From: Deltaproteobacteria bacterium
GTDB taxonomy: Bacteria > Myxococcota_A > UBA796 > UBA9615
Direction: 5' to 3'
Assembly: GCA_023954745.1 (NCBI GenBank)
Contig: JAGSHC010000003.1
Coordinates: 5,395-69,394 of the forward strand
DNA length: 64,000 nt
The notes beneath the pieces are model-generated. The model worked only from the letters and a program-made list of their open reading frames with translations. It was not told the DNA's origin and ran no database searches. This document shows, in pieces, positions 9,155-18,994 of the stretch; positions within the stretch are counted from its first letter, which is position 1, and the number at the start of each line of letters is the position of its first letter. Both the position numbers and the translations under genes were made by a program.

Positions 9155-9804
9155 CCCCCGGGCTGCGTACTCCACCACCGTTCCGGTGGTCGATGCTGCT
9201 CCACCCCCTGTTTCCCGTGCGGCTGGTGCAGTGGCGCATCGCTCGGACCGAGGTGGCTCGTGCTGCCTTCAACGCCGACACCGTGGGCCCCAGCGTTCCG
9301 CGGGGCAGTCGCCTGCTCGACGTGGGGAGCTGGGACGCCCGCACGGCTGCGCTGCTGCGCGAAGAGAGGGGGTGCGACGTCCTGGCCGTCGACGTGGTCG
9401 ACAAGAACGTCACCGACGTCCCGTTCGCCACCTTTGATGGAGCCACGTTGCCGGCCGCCGACGGGAGCCACGACGTCGTCACGATCCTCTATGTGCTGCA
9501 CCACGCCGCGGACGATCTGGCCTTGCTTCGCGAGGCGCGTCGGGTCCTCGCCCCGCACGGGCGCGTGCTCGTGGCCGAGGACATGGTGGAGACCCCGCTT
9601 CAGCGCGCCATCACCGTGGGTTTTCACGTGTGGCTGTGGTTCTGGACCTGGATGGGATGGGCAGGGTCCTTCAAGACGCGAGAGCGCTGGCGAGAGCGCT
9701 TCGCCGAGGCGGGACTGCGGGTGGTGGAGGCCCGAGAGCTCGGCGCCCATCTCGGGAAGGCCCTCTGGCCGCGGAATGTTCTGTTCATCCTCGAGGCGGC
9801 CTGA
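9151..9804 (+). CDS. Class I SAM-dependent methyltransferase
   Basis: LDVGSWDARTAALL motif I-like and VLHHAADD region. GTGA overlap with the ACP stop. Confidence 0.8.
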   Translation: MTPGLRTPPPFRWSMLLHPLFPVRLVQWRIARTEVARAAFNADTVGPSVPRGSRLLDVGSWDARTAALLREERGCDVLAVDVVDKNVTDVPFATFDGATLPAADGSHDVVTILYVLHHAADDLALLREARRVLAPHGRVLVAEDMVETPLQRAITVGFHVWLWFWTWMGWAGSFKTRERWRERFAEAGLRVVEARELGAHLGKALWPRNVLFILEAA

Positions 9805-9918
9805 TCCCGCGGGCGCAAGCGCGTACCAGCGGGCGCAGGCGGGTACCTCGGTGCTCGCCCATGCGAACCAGTCGCCGCAGGCTGCCCTCGCGCTGATCTG
9901 GTCGGCCCGCTGGGGGCT

Positions 9919-11466
9919 CTACTCCCCTGTGCCCTCGACCAGCAGGAGGACCTCAGCGCGGTCAGGCTCGTCGACCACGAACACCTCTTCGGTGCCCGAC
10001 GGCCAGATCACGTGCACCAGGGCTTCGCCCAGGCATCCCTCGAGGGGGATGTGCACGACGCGCTCGCCCTGACTGAACACGGAGGGGCCCGTCCCGACGG
10101 TGTGCAGGGTCGAGCGGGCGCAGGTCTCCGCGACGATGCGGGCCCCGAGGGCCTCTCGGGCGGAGACCGTCCCCCTCAGCTCGACCCGCAGCGCGCCGGG
10201 GTCTTCACCCACCTCATGCCCGAGGGAGCGGCGCACCGTGGCTCGCTCCCCCTCCAGGTTGGCGACCACGAAGTCGTGCCTGCCGTCTCCGTCGAGGTCC
10301 CCCCAGGCGGCGCCCATGGACATGGCCGGGACGTCCAGCCCGAGATCGCGGCCGTAGTCGCGGAACTGGGGAAAGTCTGCGGTGAAGTCCGTCTGGAGGA
10401 AGAGCCGGTTCCTCGGTGCGGCGCCGTCGTGGAGGGCCTCGACCTCCCCCCGCTCGTAGTAGCCACCATTCGCCACGAACAAGTCGAGGTCGGCGTCCTC
10501 GTCCGGGTCCAGGAAGAACGTGCCCCACCCCACGCGGCCGCCGCCGTTCTCCACGCGAGAGGCCGTCGTGCTGTTGAGGAACAGGCCGCCCAGATTCCGC
10601 CACATGAAGTGCGGGCCGATGTTCGTCACGAACAGGTCGATGAACGTGTCCTGGTCCACGTCGGCCGCGGCCACTCCCATGCCGTCCGTGACGTTGGCGA
10701 GGGACGCATCGGCGGTGATGTCTTCGAAGGTGAAGTCCCCGACGCCCAGGAGCAGGCGGTCGTCGGTGGTGTCGTCGGCGGGTTGGGCGACGTCGGTGAT
10801 CAGATAGAGGTCCGGCACATGGTCGTTGTTCGCGTCGAAGCAGGCTGCGGTCCATGAGCGCTCGAGGTCGGCGAGGCCAGCGTCGTCCGTGCGGTTCGCG
10901 AACGTGCCATCGCCCCGACCCTCGTAGAGCCGGGTGTTGCCGGGCATCACGCCGGTGAGCAACACGTCCAGGTGGCCATCGCTGTCGATGTCGGACCACA
11001 CCACTGAGCCCTGGTTGACGCTGTCGGCCAGCCCCGCGGCCTCGGTGCGATCAACGAAGACACCTCCCTCGTTACGGAGGAGCAGGGTGGGCCCGTCGTG
11101 ATCGGTCAGGATGAGGTCCTCGTCGCCGTCCCCGTCGACGTCCGCTGCGCCGCAGCCCATCCACTGCCCGGCACCCGGCATGCCGAGGCTCGCGCCGCGC
11201 TCGTCGAACTGCCCCTCACCGAGGTTGATCCAGAGGTCGGGGCCGGCGGCGCGGGTGATCAGCACGTCCTGGTCGCGGTCTCCGTCCGCATCGAAGACGC
11301 AAACCCCCCGGCCGTCACGGGTCTCGATCCCGAAGTCCCCCTCGGCGAACCCGCGAAAGCTCGACGCCTCGAAGTCGAACTCGGGAAGGCAGCCACCAAG
11401 GCAGAGGCCAGCCGCGCCCAACAGGGCAGCGACGCGCGTAGTCCGACGCGGTGTAGCCTCCTTCAT
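9919..11466 (-). CDS. FG-GAP/VCBS repeat lipoprotein (ASPIC/UnbV-CRTAC1-like β-propeller)
   Basis: ATG preceded by GGAGAGG. Start gives MKEATPRRTTRVAALLGAAGLCLGGC lipobox. Repeated DxDGDG FG-GAP motifs. Confidence 0.85.
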   Translation of the reverse strand: MKEATPRRTTRVAALLGAAGLCLGGCLPEFDFEASSFRGFAEGDFGIETRDGRGVCVFDADGDRDQDVLITRAAGPDLWINLGEGQFDERGASLGMPGAGQWMGCGAADVDGDGDEDLILTDHDGPTLLLRNEGGVFVDRTEAAGLADSVNQGSVVWSDIDSDGHLDVLLTGVMPGNTRLYEGRGDGTFANRTDDAGLADLERSWTAACFDANNDHVPDLYLITDVAQPADDTTDDRLLLGVGDFTFEDITADASLANVTDGMGVAAADVDQDTFIDLFVTNIGPHFMWRNLGGLFLNSTTASRVENGGGRVGWGTFFLDPDEDADLDLFVANGGYYERGEVEALHDGAAPRNRLFLQTDFTADFPQFRDYGRDLGLDVPAMSMGAAWGDLDGDGRHDFVVANLEGERATVRRSLGHEVGEDPGALRVELRGTVSAREALGARIVAETCARSTLHTVGTGPSVFSQGERVVHIPLEGCLGEALVHVIWPSGTEEVFVVDEPDRAEVLLLVEGTGE

Positions 11467-11599
11467 CTGTTCCTCTCCATTGTCTGGTTTGCCAGGGTTT
11501 TCTGCAGTGAGCAACCCCCCAACGCCCCCGTTGCTGCCAGACGCTGCACTTCCTGCCGCCGCGATCCCCGATCTGTTTCATCGCTACCTGGACGTCCGC

Positions 11600-12820
11600 A
11601 TGCGGAGCGCGCGGGGGGTGGGCAACGGCAGCCAGTTCCTGTTCGAGGTGGACGGAGACGTGGACACGCCAGCGTTGGAGGGACGCCTCGAGGCGCTTCA
11701 GCAGCGACTCCCCATGCTGTCGGCGGGGCTCGGGCCTTGGCCGAGTCGACGCTGGACCGTGCAGGACCCAGCCACGGTCTCGGTGCGTGAGGAGTCCCTG
11801 GAAGGTGAGAGCGAGGACACCGTCAATGATTGGTTCGCTCGCTGGTTTGGGGAGCCCTTCATGACTCCTGAGCGCCCCTCCCTGGAGCTGGTGCTGGCCC
11901 GCACGCCTGGAGCGGCCCGGAGCGTGCTCCTGGTGCGGTGGCTGCACCTCCTCTCGGATGCCCCGGGGATGGACCTGCTGCTCCGCTTGCTCGACGGCGA
12001 CGACCCGGCCCGTTTCAAGCTCGAGCAGCAGCCGGCTGCGCTCTCGCGAAGGGTTCGCGGCGACCGAAGTGCGCTTCAGCGGGCGGTGGGCGTGCACAAC
12101 TTGGCACTGCGGCACCTCGCGCGCAGCATCCCTCCACCCCTTCAAGCCAAGGTGGACCGTCGAGCCCGCCAGACGGCTCGGATCTGCACCCTCAGTCGAG
12201 AAGAGACCACCGCGCTGTGGCAACGAGCCCGTGAGCTCGGAGGCCTCGACCGGAACACCTTCCTGCTCGGGGCGCTGGCGCGGGCGTGTGTCCGGGCGTG
12301 GTCGCCCGCGTCCTGGCGGTCTCTGCGCATCCCCGTGCCCATCTCGCTGCGGCCCCCGGCGTGGCGCGGACCCGTGCTCGGCAACTGGTTCACGATGGTG
12401 CTCGTCCAGGTGCCGGTGCGATCGTTGGGGTCCTTGGAGTCCGCGGTGCAGGCGTGCCGCACCGCATGGCGCGCGGCGCTGGAGCGGGGTGAGGACGCGG
12501 CGACGCTGGCGCTGATGGGCCCCGCTGCCACCCTGCCGCCCTGGCTGGCTCGGTTCTTCCTCGACGGCCCTCGCCTCCAGGACGGCGCGACGGTGAACAC
12601 CAGCTATGTGGAGCTGGGCGCCGGCAAGAGTGGGACGTTCCTCGGATTGCCGCTCCGGCGGGCCGTGATCGCCAGCTCGATTCTTGCGCCGCCTGGGCTC
12701 GCCGGGGTCTTCTCGGGCTGCGCTGGACGCCTGAGTGTCGTCGTCCCTGGCCAGGAGGGACCTTCGGGTGACGCCCTCCATCGGGAGCTGCTCGCGCTGC
12801 TGCGAGGGGAGGCGGCATGA
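11600..12820 (+). CDS. Condensation-domain-like CoA-dependent acyltransferase (PapA5/WS-DGAT/C-domain superfamily)
   Basis: WLHLLSDAPG resembles HHxxxDG with the catalytic His and Asp retained. Stop overlaps the start of the A-domain gene (ATGA). Start is ambiguous: ATG 11600, or TTG 11531. Confidence 0.55.
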   Translation: MRSARGVGNGSQFLFEVDGDVDTPALEGRLEALQQRLPMLSAGLGPWPSRRWTVQDPATVSVREESLEGESEDTVNDWFARWFGEPFMTPERPSLELVLARTPGAARSVLLVRWLHLLSDAPGMDLLLRLLDGDDPARFKLEQQPAALSRRVRGDRSALQRAVGVHNLALRHLARSIPPPLQAKVDRRARQTARICTLSREETTALWQRARELGGLDRNTFLLGALARACVRAWSPASWRSLRIPVPISLRPPAWRGPVLGNWFTMVLVQVPVRSLGSLESAVQACRTAWRAALERGEDAATLALMGPAATLPPWLARFFLDGPRLQDGATVNTSYVELGAGKSGTFLGLPLRRAVIASSILAPPGLAGVFSGCAGRLSVVVPGQEGPSGDALHRELLALLRGEAA

Positions 12821-14205
12821 GGCTGCTCGATGCGTTCGAGGACGGCGAGCCCCGCATCGAGTGGCTCGGTGAGACCCTGGGGGCTGAGGAGCTGCGGGGG
12901 CGCGTCGGCGCGTCGGCGCGGTGGATGCGCGAGCAAGGCTTGCTCCCGGGAGACCGGGTCGGCCTTCACCTGTCCCACGGAGCGGACGCTCCCGTCTTCT
13001 TGCTGGCGTGCTGGTCGGCGGGGCTCGTGGCGGTGCCGCTGGATCTGCACCATCCCCCGGACCGCCTCGCGGCGTTGATGGAGCGCAGCGGGGCGAAGCT
13101 GTTCGTCACCAGTGGGCGGCGCGGCGCGGCCCTCGCTCGACGAGTCGGCGGTCCCGCGGCGGTGCTCGACAAGGAGTGGAGTCTCGGCCTCGATGTCGCC
13201 GAGAGCGTCGACCTTCCTCCGGACGCCCCCGCGCTGATCTTGTGGACCAGTGGCTCCACTGGCGCCCCCAAGGGAGTGACCATCCCCCGACGGGCGGTGG
13301 ACTCCTTCGTGCACTGGTGGGGCGAGCGACTCGACGTGGGACCCTCCGACCGCCTCGCTTGGACGGCGGCCCTGAGCTTCGACCTGTCCCTGCTCGACAT
13401 CGGGGTGGCCCTCAGCCGCGGCGCGACCCTCGTCCCGGTTCCCGATGCGCGACTCGCATTCCCAGACACTCTCGGCGAGTATCTCGATGAGCGTGGCATC
13501 ACCTGCATCTACTCGGTGCCGTCGCTGCTCGCGAGGGTCCTCGACCCCATGCCCCCATCGCTCCGGGTGGTGTTGTCGGCGGGGGAGGCTCTTTCGCCGG
13601 GGCTGGCAGCCTCGCTGCGCGCGTCGCTCGGGGAACGGGGTCTGCTGGCCAATCTCTTCGGTCCGACGGAGACCAACGTCAGCACCGCGTGGTTCGTGCC
13701 CTGGGGGTGGGATGGAGGGCAGGTGTCCATCGGCGCCCCATGTCCCTACGTCGAGGTGCGACTCGGCGAGGACGACGAGATGCTTGTGCGTGGCGAGACG
13801 GTCATGAGCGGCTACTGGGGCGAGCCCGCCCGAGCGTCCTGGACCGAGGGCTGGCTGCACACCGGAGACCGCGCTCGATGGGACGACGACGGGCTCGTGT
13901 TCCTCGGCCGCGCGGACCGCATGGTCAAGGTGCGCGGCTACCGGGTGGAGCCCGAGGAGGTGGAGCGCCAGCTGGAGTCCCTGTCGGGGGTGGACTCGGC
14001 GGCGGTCGTGGTGGTCGGCCAGAGGGAGAGCGCCGAGCTCGTGGCCTTCGCGGTGGGGGACTTCGAGGAAGATCTGCTGTCTGACCTCGCGCGCGTCCTG
14101 CCGTCGTGGGCGTGCCCCGCCCGGATCGAGCGGTTGGACGAGCTGCCGCGCAGTCCCCGGGGCAAGGTGGACCGGGCGGCGTTGCGGGCCTCGGTGGGCG
14201 GGTGA
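12817..14205 (+). CDS. Stand-alone adenylation (AMP-binding) domain protein
   Basis: A3 LILWTSGSTGAPKGV, FGPTET, LHTGDRARW, GRADRMVKVRGYRVEPEEVE and PRSPRGKVDR core motifs. No carrier domain. Confidence 0.9.
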   Translation: MRLLDAFEDGEPRIEWLGETLGAEELRGRVGASARWMREQGLLPGDRVGLHLSHGADAPVFLLACWSAGLVAVPLDLHHPPDRLAALMERSGAKLFVTSGRRGAALARRVGGPAAVLDKEWSLGLDVAESVDLPPDAPALILWTSGSTGAPKGVTIPRRAVDSFVHWWGERLDVGPSDRLAWTAALSFDLSLLDIGVALSRGATLVPVPDARLAFPDTLGEYLDERGITCIYSVPSLLARVLDPMPPSLRVVLSAGEALSPGLAASLRASLGERGLLANLFGPTETNVSTAWFVPWGWDGGQVSIGAPCPYVEVRLGEDDEMLVRGETVMSGYWGEPARASWTEGWLHTGDRARWDDDGLVFLGRADRMVKVRGYRVEPEEVERQLESLSGVDSAAVVVVGQRESAELVAFAVGDFEEDLLSDLARVLPSWACPARIERLDELPRSPRGKVDRAALRASVGG

Positions 14206-15788
14206 TCCACGAAGCAAGGGCCTGGGCCACCCTCTTGGTGCTCTTCGTGGGTGTACGGCTGTGGCTGCTCCTCGGCGACCCGTCGCGCTTCTGGGCGGCC
14301 GAGGAGACCTACCAGACCGACATCGCCGTGGCCCTTGCTCGGGGGGAAGGCGTCGAGCCGCTGGAGCGGTACCTCTACCCCCTCTTCGCCGGCGGCAGTC
14401 TGGCGGAGAACCTGCTCCTGGTGCCCCTCGCTGCGGTGTTCGGTCCCAGCTGGTGGCTCCTCAAGGGTGTCGCCCTCCTCATCGCCCTCGGAGCAGCTGC
14501 CACCTGGGTCGTGGGCCTCCGCATGACCTGTGGCGTGCGTCCGGCCCTCGGGTTGGGGCTGCTGCTCGCGCTCTCCCCGCCGACGAGTATGTCTCTGCAG
14601 CTCTTTCTCTTCGGCAACCACGCGGAGGCGGCGCTGCCCCTCGCTCTCTCGGCGGTGGGCCTGATGCTTCTCCTGGACCCGACGCGGTCGCTCCGAGGGC
14701 GCCGGAGGCTCGCCCTCGGGTTGGGTCTCCTGAGCGGGCTGGCGTGCTTCTTCGTGTACTCGCACCTCCTTGTCCTGGGTCTCCAAGGCCTGCTCCTGGT
14801 GGCGAGCTCGTACGACCTTCGGGAGAGAGTCCGTCTCGCGGTCCTCGCCGCGGTCGGCGTGGCGGTGGGACTGACTCCGTGGGTCTGGTGTCGCCGCGCC
14901 TTGGGAGAGCCGCTGAGCTTTACCAGCCACATCGGACGGCAGGGGGCGTCGCTGAGGGACGCCTTCGCCAGCATGCCCTGGCTCGGCAACGCCGAAGGGC
15001 GCCCTTGGCTGGAGCTCCTCTCGCCGACGCTGCTCGATGTGGGCAGTGTGTCCATGGGGGCGACGCGCACCCTGCTGCTGCTCAGCCTCGTGGGCGCGCT
15101 GGGGCTCGGTGTGAGTCGGCGCTTGCGATCGGCTCCGCACTGGGTGCTGCCCTCCTTCGTCGGTTCCCACGGGCTGTTGCTCTTCGGCCTGCTCGCCGGG
15201 AGTCAGATCGAGCCCCGCTACGCGCAGCAGCTGATCCCCAGTGGCCTGGTCTCCCTCTCCCTGCTCTTGGCGGCGGCGGTGTCCCGAGGGGGAGGCGCGC
15301 GCTTCGTCGTCGCCCTCGCTGCGCTCCCGCTGCTCGGCTCGGTCCTCGACACGGTCCCGCTGCTCCATGCCCCCCAGTCGGGGGTGGGCACCTTGGCCGA
15401 GCAGGGGATCCTGCGCTTCCCGCGAGGGCGCCAGAGCATGACGATGCAAGGGTTTACTCGGGCGGAGCTCCCAGGGATTGCTCGCTGGCTGGAGGAGCAG
15501 CCCCCGGGGGATGCGGACCTCGGGTTTGGGCTCGGCCTTGGTGACGCCACGGACCCGCTCCTGCCGCGCATCAGCTGCTCGGACCCGGGCCCGATCCGGG
15601 CTTCGCGCCTACGGCGCTGGCAGCCCCCAGGGCCGGTCAGCGGTCCCGACATGATGCGGGGGTACGGCGCGGCCTCGGTGGTGCGCCACTGCGGCGACCT
15701 CGAGAGCGCGCTCCGCGAGTTCGAGGGCAGCGCCGACGAGCGCGCAGACTTCGAGGAGGGTGCCCGCTGGATGGCCGCGCGGCTCTGA
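14202..15788 (+). CDS. Polytopic integral membrane protein (possibly GT-C/ArnT-like fold)
   Basis: GTG start overlapping the A-domain stop (GTGA). More than 10 predicted TM helices. The tracked N-extension overlaps the A-domain gene in another frame. Confidence 0.6.
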   Translation: MIHEARAWATLLVLFVGVRLWLLLGDPSRFWAAEETYQTDIAVALARGEGVEPLERYLYPLFAGGSLAENLLLVPLAAVFGPSWWLLKGVALLIALGAAATWVVGLRMTCGVRPALGLGLLLALSPPTSMSLQLFLFGNHAEAALPLALSAVGLMLLLDPTRSLRGRRRLALGLGLLSGLACFFVYSHLLVLGLQGLLLVASSYDLRERVRLAVLAAVGVAVGLTPWVWCRRALGEPLSFTSHIGRQGASLRDAFASMPWLGNAEGRPWLELLSPTLLDVGSVSMGATRTLLLLSLVGALGLGVSRRLRSAPHWVLPSFVGSHGLLLFGLLAGSQIEPRYAQQLIPSGLVSLSLLLAAAVSRGGGARFVVALAALPLLGSVLDTVPLLHAPQSGVGTLAEQGILRFPRGRQSMTMQGFTRAELPGIARWLEEQPPGDADLGFGLGLGDATDPLLPRISCSDPGPIRASRLRRWQPPGPVSGPDMMRGYGAASVVRHCGDLESALREFEGSADERADFEEGARWMAARL

Positions 15789-15796
15789 GAAGCCGG

Positions 15797-17071
15797 CTAG
15801 GAGAGGCGGCTGTTTCGCCAGGTCCTGGCCAGCTCCTCGCGGTCCTCGGGATGGGCGATGGCGATGAGGGCCTCGGCCCTCTCATTGAGAGTGCTGCCGT
15901 AGAGGTCGGCGACGCCGTGCTCGGTGATCACGTAGTGCACGTGGGCCCGGGTCGTCACCACGCCGGCTCCGGCGCGTAGCGTTGGGACGATGCGGGGGAG
16001 CCCACGCTTGGTCCGCGATGTGAGGGCGATGATCGGCTTGCCGCCCTCGCTCGTCATGGCGCCTCGGATGAAGTCCATCTGCCCGCCGACGCCGCTGATG
16101 ACCCGGTGCCCCACGGAGTCGGCGCAGACCTGGCCCGTGAGGTCGATCTCCACCGCGGAGTTGATGGCGGTGACGCGGGGGTTGCGCCCGATGACGTCGA
16201 CGCGGTTCACGTAGGCGACGTCGATCTGGACCACCGACGGGTTGTCGTCGATGAAGTCGTACAGCGCGCGACTCCCCATCACGAAGGCGCTGACGGTCTT
16301 GCCGGGGTGGATGATCTTCTCGGAGTTGTCGACGACCCCGCTCTCGAGCAGTGGCAGCAACCCATCGGACCACATCTCGGTATGCACGCCGAGCCGCTGG
16401 TGGCCGGTGAGGGCGCGAAGGACTGCGTCGGGCACCGCTCCGATGCCCATCTGCAGCGTCGCTCCGTCATCGATGATCGACGCCGCGTGGCGGCCGATGG
16501 CGAGCTCCTCGGGGGAGGGCGCGCTGGGCGTGGCTTCGGGGATGGGACGATCCACCTCCACCAGGGCATCGATTTCGGAGAGGTGGACGAAGCCGTCGCC
16601 GTGCACGCGAGGCATCTGTGGATTGACCTCGGCGATGACGATGCGCGAGGACTCCACCGCTGCCAGGGCAATGTCGACGGAGGTTCCGAGGGTGCAGTAG
16701 CCGTGGCTGTCCGGTGGGCTCACCTGGATGAGGGAGACATCCAGGGCCCGCCGTCCCGAGCGGAACAGCGCCGGGATCTCCGAGAGGAACAGCGGCAGGT
16801 AGTCCACCCGATCGCCGTCGAGCTGGCGGCGCATGTTCGCCCCGACGAACAGGTTTGCGACCCGAAAGGAGGAGGCGTGCTTGGGGTCTCCGTAGGAAGC
16901 AGGACCTTCCGTGTGGATGTGGATGACCTCCACGTCCCGGAGGCGCCCGGCGTGGCCGACCAGCGCCTCGACCAGGGAGAAGGGGGTCGCGGCGGCGCCA
17001 TGCACGAAGACACGGTGCCCCGACCTCACGCGTGAGAGGGCCTGATGTGCGGTCTCGATGGATGGCTGCAT
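15797..17071 (-). CDS. Acetyl-CoA hydrolase/transferase family protein (4-hydroxybutyrate CoA-transferase-like)
   Basis: Start at internal ATG (MQPSIETAHQAL...). Strong family-typical sequence throughout. The tracked N-extension is His/Arg-rich junk. Confidence 0.85.
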   Translation of the reverse strand: MQPSIETAHQALSRVRSGHRVFVHGAAATPFSLVEALVGHAGRLRDVEVIHIHTEGPASYGDPKHASSFRVANLFVGANMRRQLDGDRVDYLPLFLSEIPALFRSGRRALDVSLIQVSPPDSHGYCTLGTSVDIALAAVESSRIVIAEVNPQMPRVHGDGFVHLSEIDALVEVDRPIPEATPSAPSPEELAIGRHAASIIDDGATLQMGIGAVPDAVLRALTGHQRLGVHTEMWSDGLLPLLESGVVDNSEKIIHPGKTVSAFVMGSRALYDFIDDNPSVVQIDVAYVNRVDVIGRNPRVTAINSAVEIDLTGQVCADSVGHRVISGVGGQMDFIRGAMTSEGGKPIIALTSRTKRGLPRIVPTLRAGAGVVTTRAHVHYVITEHGVADLYGSTLNERAEALIAIAHPEDREELARTWRNSRLS

Positions 17072-17088
17072 GACTGCGTTCCGGTGGA

Positions 17089-17499
17089 TCAGCTCCGCCC
17101 GCGCACCGCCTTGAGGATGTCGATGTAGGAAACGATGCCGATGAGGGTGTCGGTGCCTGCCTCCACGACGGGGACGGCTCCGATGCGCCATTCGAGCATC
17201 AGGTCGATGAGGGAGTCCATCTCGGCCTCGGGATCGGTGGTGACCGCGTCGGACTGCATGCAGGCGCTCACGGGGTCGCGGAGTCGGTCGTTGGTTGCCT
17301 CATCGACCACCGAGTTCGGATCCGGGGGCGGCAGGTACGAACGCAGGTCGCGGTCGCTGAGCATTCCGACGAGGCCCCCGTCCTCGATCACCGGAATGTG
17401 GCGCAGGTCGTTCTCCCACATGAGCGAGCGGGCCTCGCGGATGCTGGTGTCGGGGTCGACGGTGATGGGGTCTCCGGTCATCAAGTCGTTGGCTATCAT
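17089..17499 (-). CDS. CBS domain pair protein
   Basis: Two CBS motifs (GMLSDRDL..., GIVSYIDILKA). Confidence 0.85.
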   Translation of the reverse strand: MIANDLMTGDPITVDPDTSIREARSLMWENDLRHIPVIEDGGLVGMLSDRDLRSYLPPPDPNSVVDEATNDRLRDPVSACMQSDAVTTDPEAEMDSLIDLMLEWRIGAVPVVEAGTDTLIGIVSYIDILKAVRGRS

Positions 17500-17617
17500 C
17501 GTCTTGCTCTCCCCGGCGCAGGTGGCTGCTGGCCGATCTCCAGCATCGCAAAGTCCGCGGGAGAGACCTGTGACGTCGATCAGCTATCCGAGTCCCGTAG
17601 GGCGGCATCGTGCAGAC

Positions 17618-18994
17618 ATGACCATGACCCTCACATTTCTCGGCGCCGCGGGCACCGTGACCGGCAGCAAGTATCTCGTCGAAGTGAAAGGGACCGAGGG
17701 AACGGCGCGCATCCTCGTGGACTGCGGCTTGTTTCAAGGTCTCAAGGCGTTGCGGCTCCGGAACCGCGAGCCGCTGGCCGTCCCTCCGGGCTCGATCGAT
17801 GCCGTGGTCCTGACCCACGCCCACCTGGACCACAGCGGCTGGACGCCGGTGATCGTGCGTGACGGCTTCCGCGGCCCCGTGCATTGCACCGACGGCACGC
17901 GAGACCTCTGCCAGATCCTGTGGCCCGACGCCGCCTATCTCAACGAAGAGCACGCGGACTACGCCAACCGGCGCAAGTTCAGCAAGCACCGGCCGGCGAA
18001 GCCGCTCTTCACGAAAGCCGACGCCGCCACCGCCCTGCGCCAGCTGCGGGCCCATGGATTCGGTGACGCCATCGAGCTCCCCGCTGGTGTGACGCTGCGC
18101 TTCCGCCCCGCGGGCCACATCGTGGGCGCTGCGTCGGTCCTGCTCGAGCACCAGGGGCGCAAGCTGCTGTTCTCGGGAGACCTGGGTCGGGCCAACGACC
18201 CGGTCATGGCGCCGCCTGCGCCGATGCCCGCGGTGGACTGGTTGGTGGTCGAGTCCACCTACGGGGAGAGGAAGCATGGAGCGGAGGACCCGGCCGACGT
18301 ACTGGCTGACGTCGTCAACCGCACCGCCGAACGGGGGGGCGTGCTCGTCATCCCGAGCTTCGCCGTGGGGCGGGCCCAGTCGCTGATGCGTCTACTCGCT
18401 CTGTTGCGACGGGAAGGACGCATCCCGGAGATGCCCATGTACCTGAACAGCCCGATGGCGACCAACGCCACCGAGGTGCTGCGGCGCCATGCCTCCGAGG
18501 TGCGGCTGACCGACCAGGAGTGCGACGAAGCCTGCGAGGTCGTCGAGTACGTGCGCACGGCGGACGACAGCCGTCGGCTCAACGACCAGCGAGGCCCCAT
18601 GGTCATCATCTCGGCCTCGGGCATGGTCACTGGTGGACGGATCCTCCACCACCTCAAGTCGTTTGGGCCCGATGGGCGGAACACGATCCTCTTCGTGGGC
18701 TACCAGGCCGAGGGGACCCGCGGCGCGTCGCTGATCAACGGAAGCCGGCTGCTTCGAATCCACGGCGAGATGGTGCCCATCGGAGCGGAGGTGGCGCGCC
18801 TCGACGGGCTCTCCGCCCACGCCGACTACGACGAGATCGTCACGTGGCTGGAGGGTGCGCCGGCGGCCCCCCAGAAGGTGTTCGTGACTCATGGCGCTCC
18901 CCACGCCAGTCAGGCGGTGCGGGTGCAGATCGAGTCGCGTTTGGGCTGGCCCGCCCACGTTCCGGAGATCGGCGAGCGAGTGAAGCTGCGCTAG
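17618..18994 (+). CDS. MBL-fold β-CASP family RNA-metabolising hydrolase
   Basis: Start at internal ATG (MTMTLTFLGAAGTVTGSKYL). THAHLDHSG motif and β-CASP region. Final HADYDEIVTWL motif. Confidence 0.85.
   Translation: MTMTLTFLGAAGTVTGSKYLVEVKGTEGTARILVDCGLFQGLKALRLRNREPLAVPPGSIDAVVLTHAHLDHSGWTPVIVRDGFRGPVHCTDGTRDLCQILWPDAAYLNEEHADYANRRKFSKHRPAKPLFTKADAATALRQLRAHGFGDAIELPAGVTLRFRPAGHIVGAASVLLEHQGRKLLFSGDLGRANDPVMAPPAPMPAVDWLVVESTYGERKHGAEDPADVLADVVNRTAERGGVLVIPSFAVGRAQSLMRLLALLRREGRIPEMPMYLNSPMATNATEVLRRHASEVRLTDQECDEACEVVEYVRTADDSRRLNDQRGPMVIISASGMVTGGRILHHLKSFGPDGRNTILFVGYQAEGTRGASLINGSRLLRIHGEMVPIGAEVARLDGLSAHADYDEIVTWLEGAPAAPQKVFVTHGAPHASQAVRVQIESRLGWPAHVPEIGERVKLR

Noticed and set aside
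9805-9918. Direct near-repeat GGGCGCAAGCGCGTACC / GGGCGCAGGCGGGTACC in the convergent intergenic region after the methyltransferase gene, considered as a terminator or regulatory repeat.
   Set aside because: Imperfect copies that cannot form a stable hairpin. Likely chance similarity in GC-rich DNA.
17135-17617. N-terminal extension of the MBL/β-CASP ORF, and the extensions of the other ORFs in the same situation (15797..17191, 46837..48726, 1984..3165 and so on).
   Set aside because: The extensions overlap neighbouring genes and lack family-typical N-termini. Internal ATG/GTG starts reproduce canonical N-termini, for example [17 protein letters not shown].
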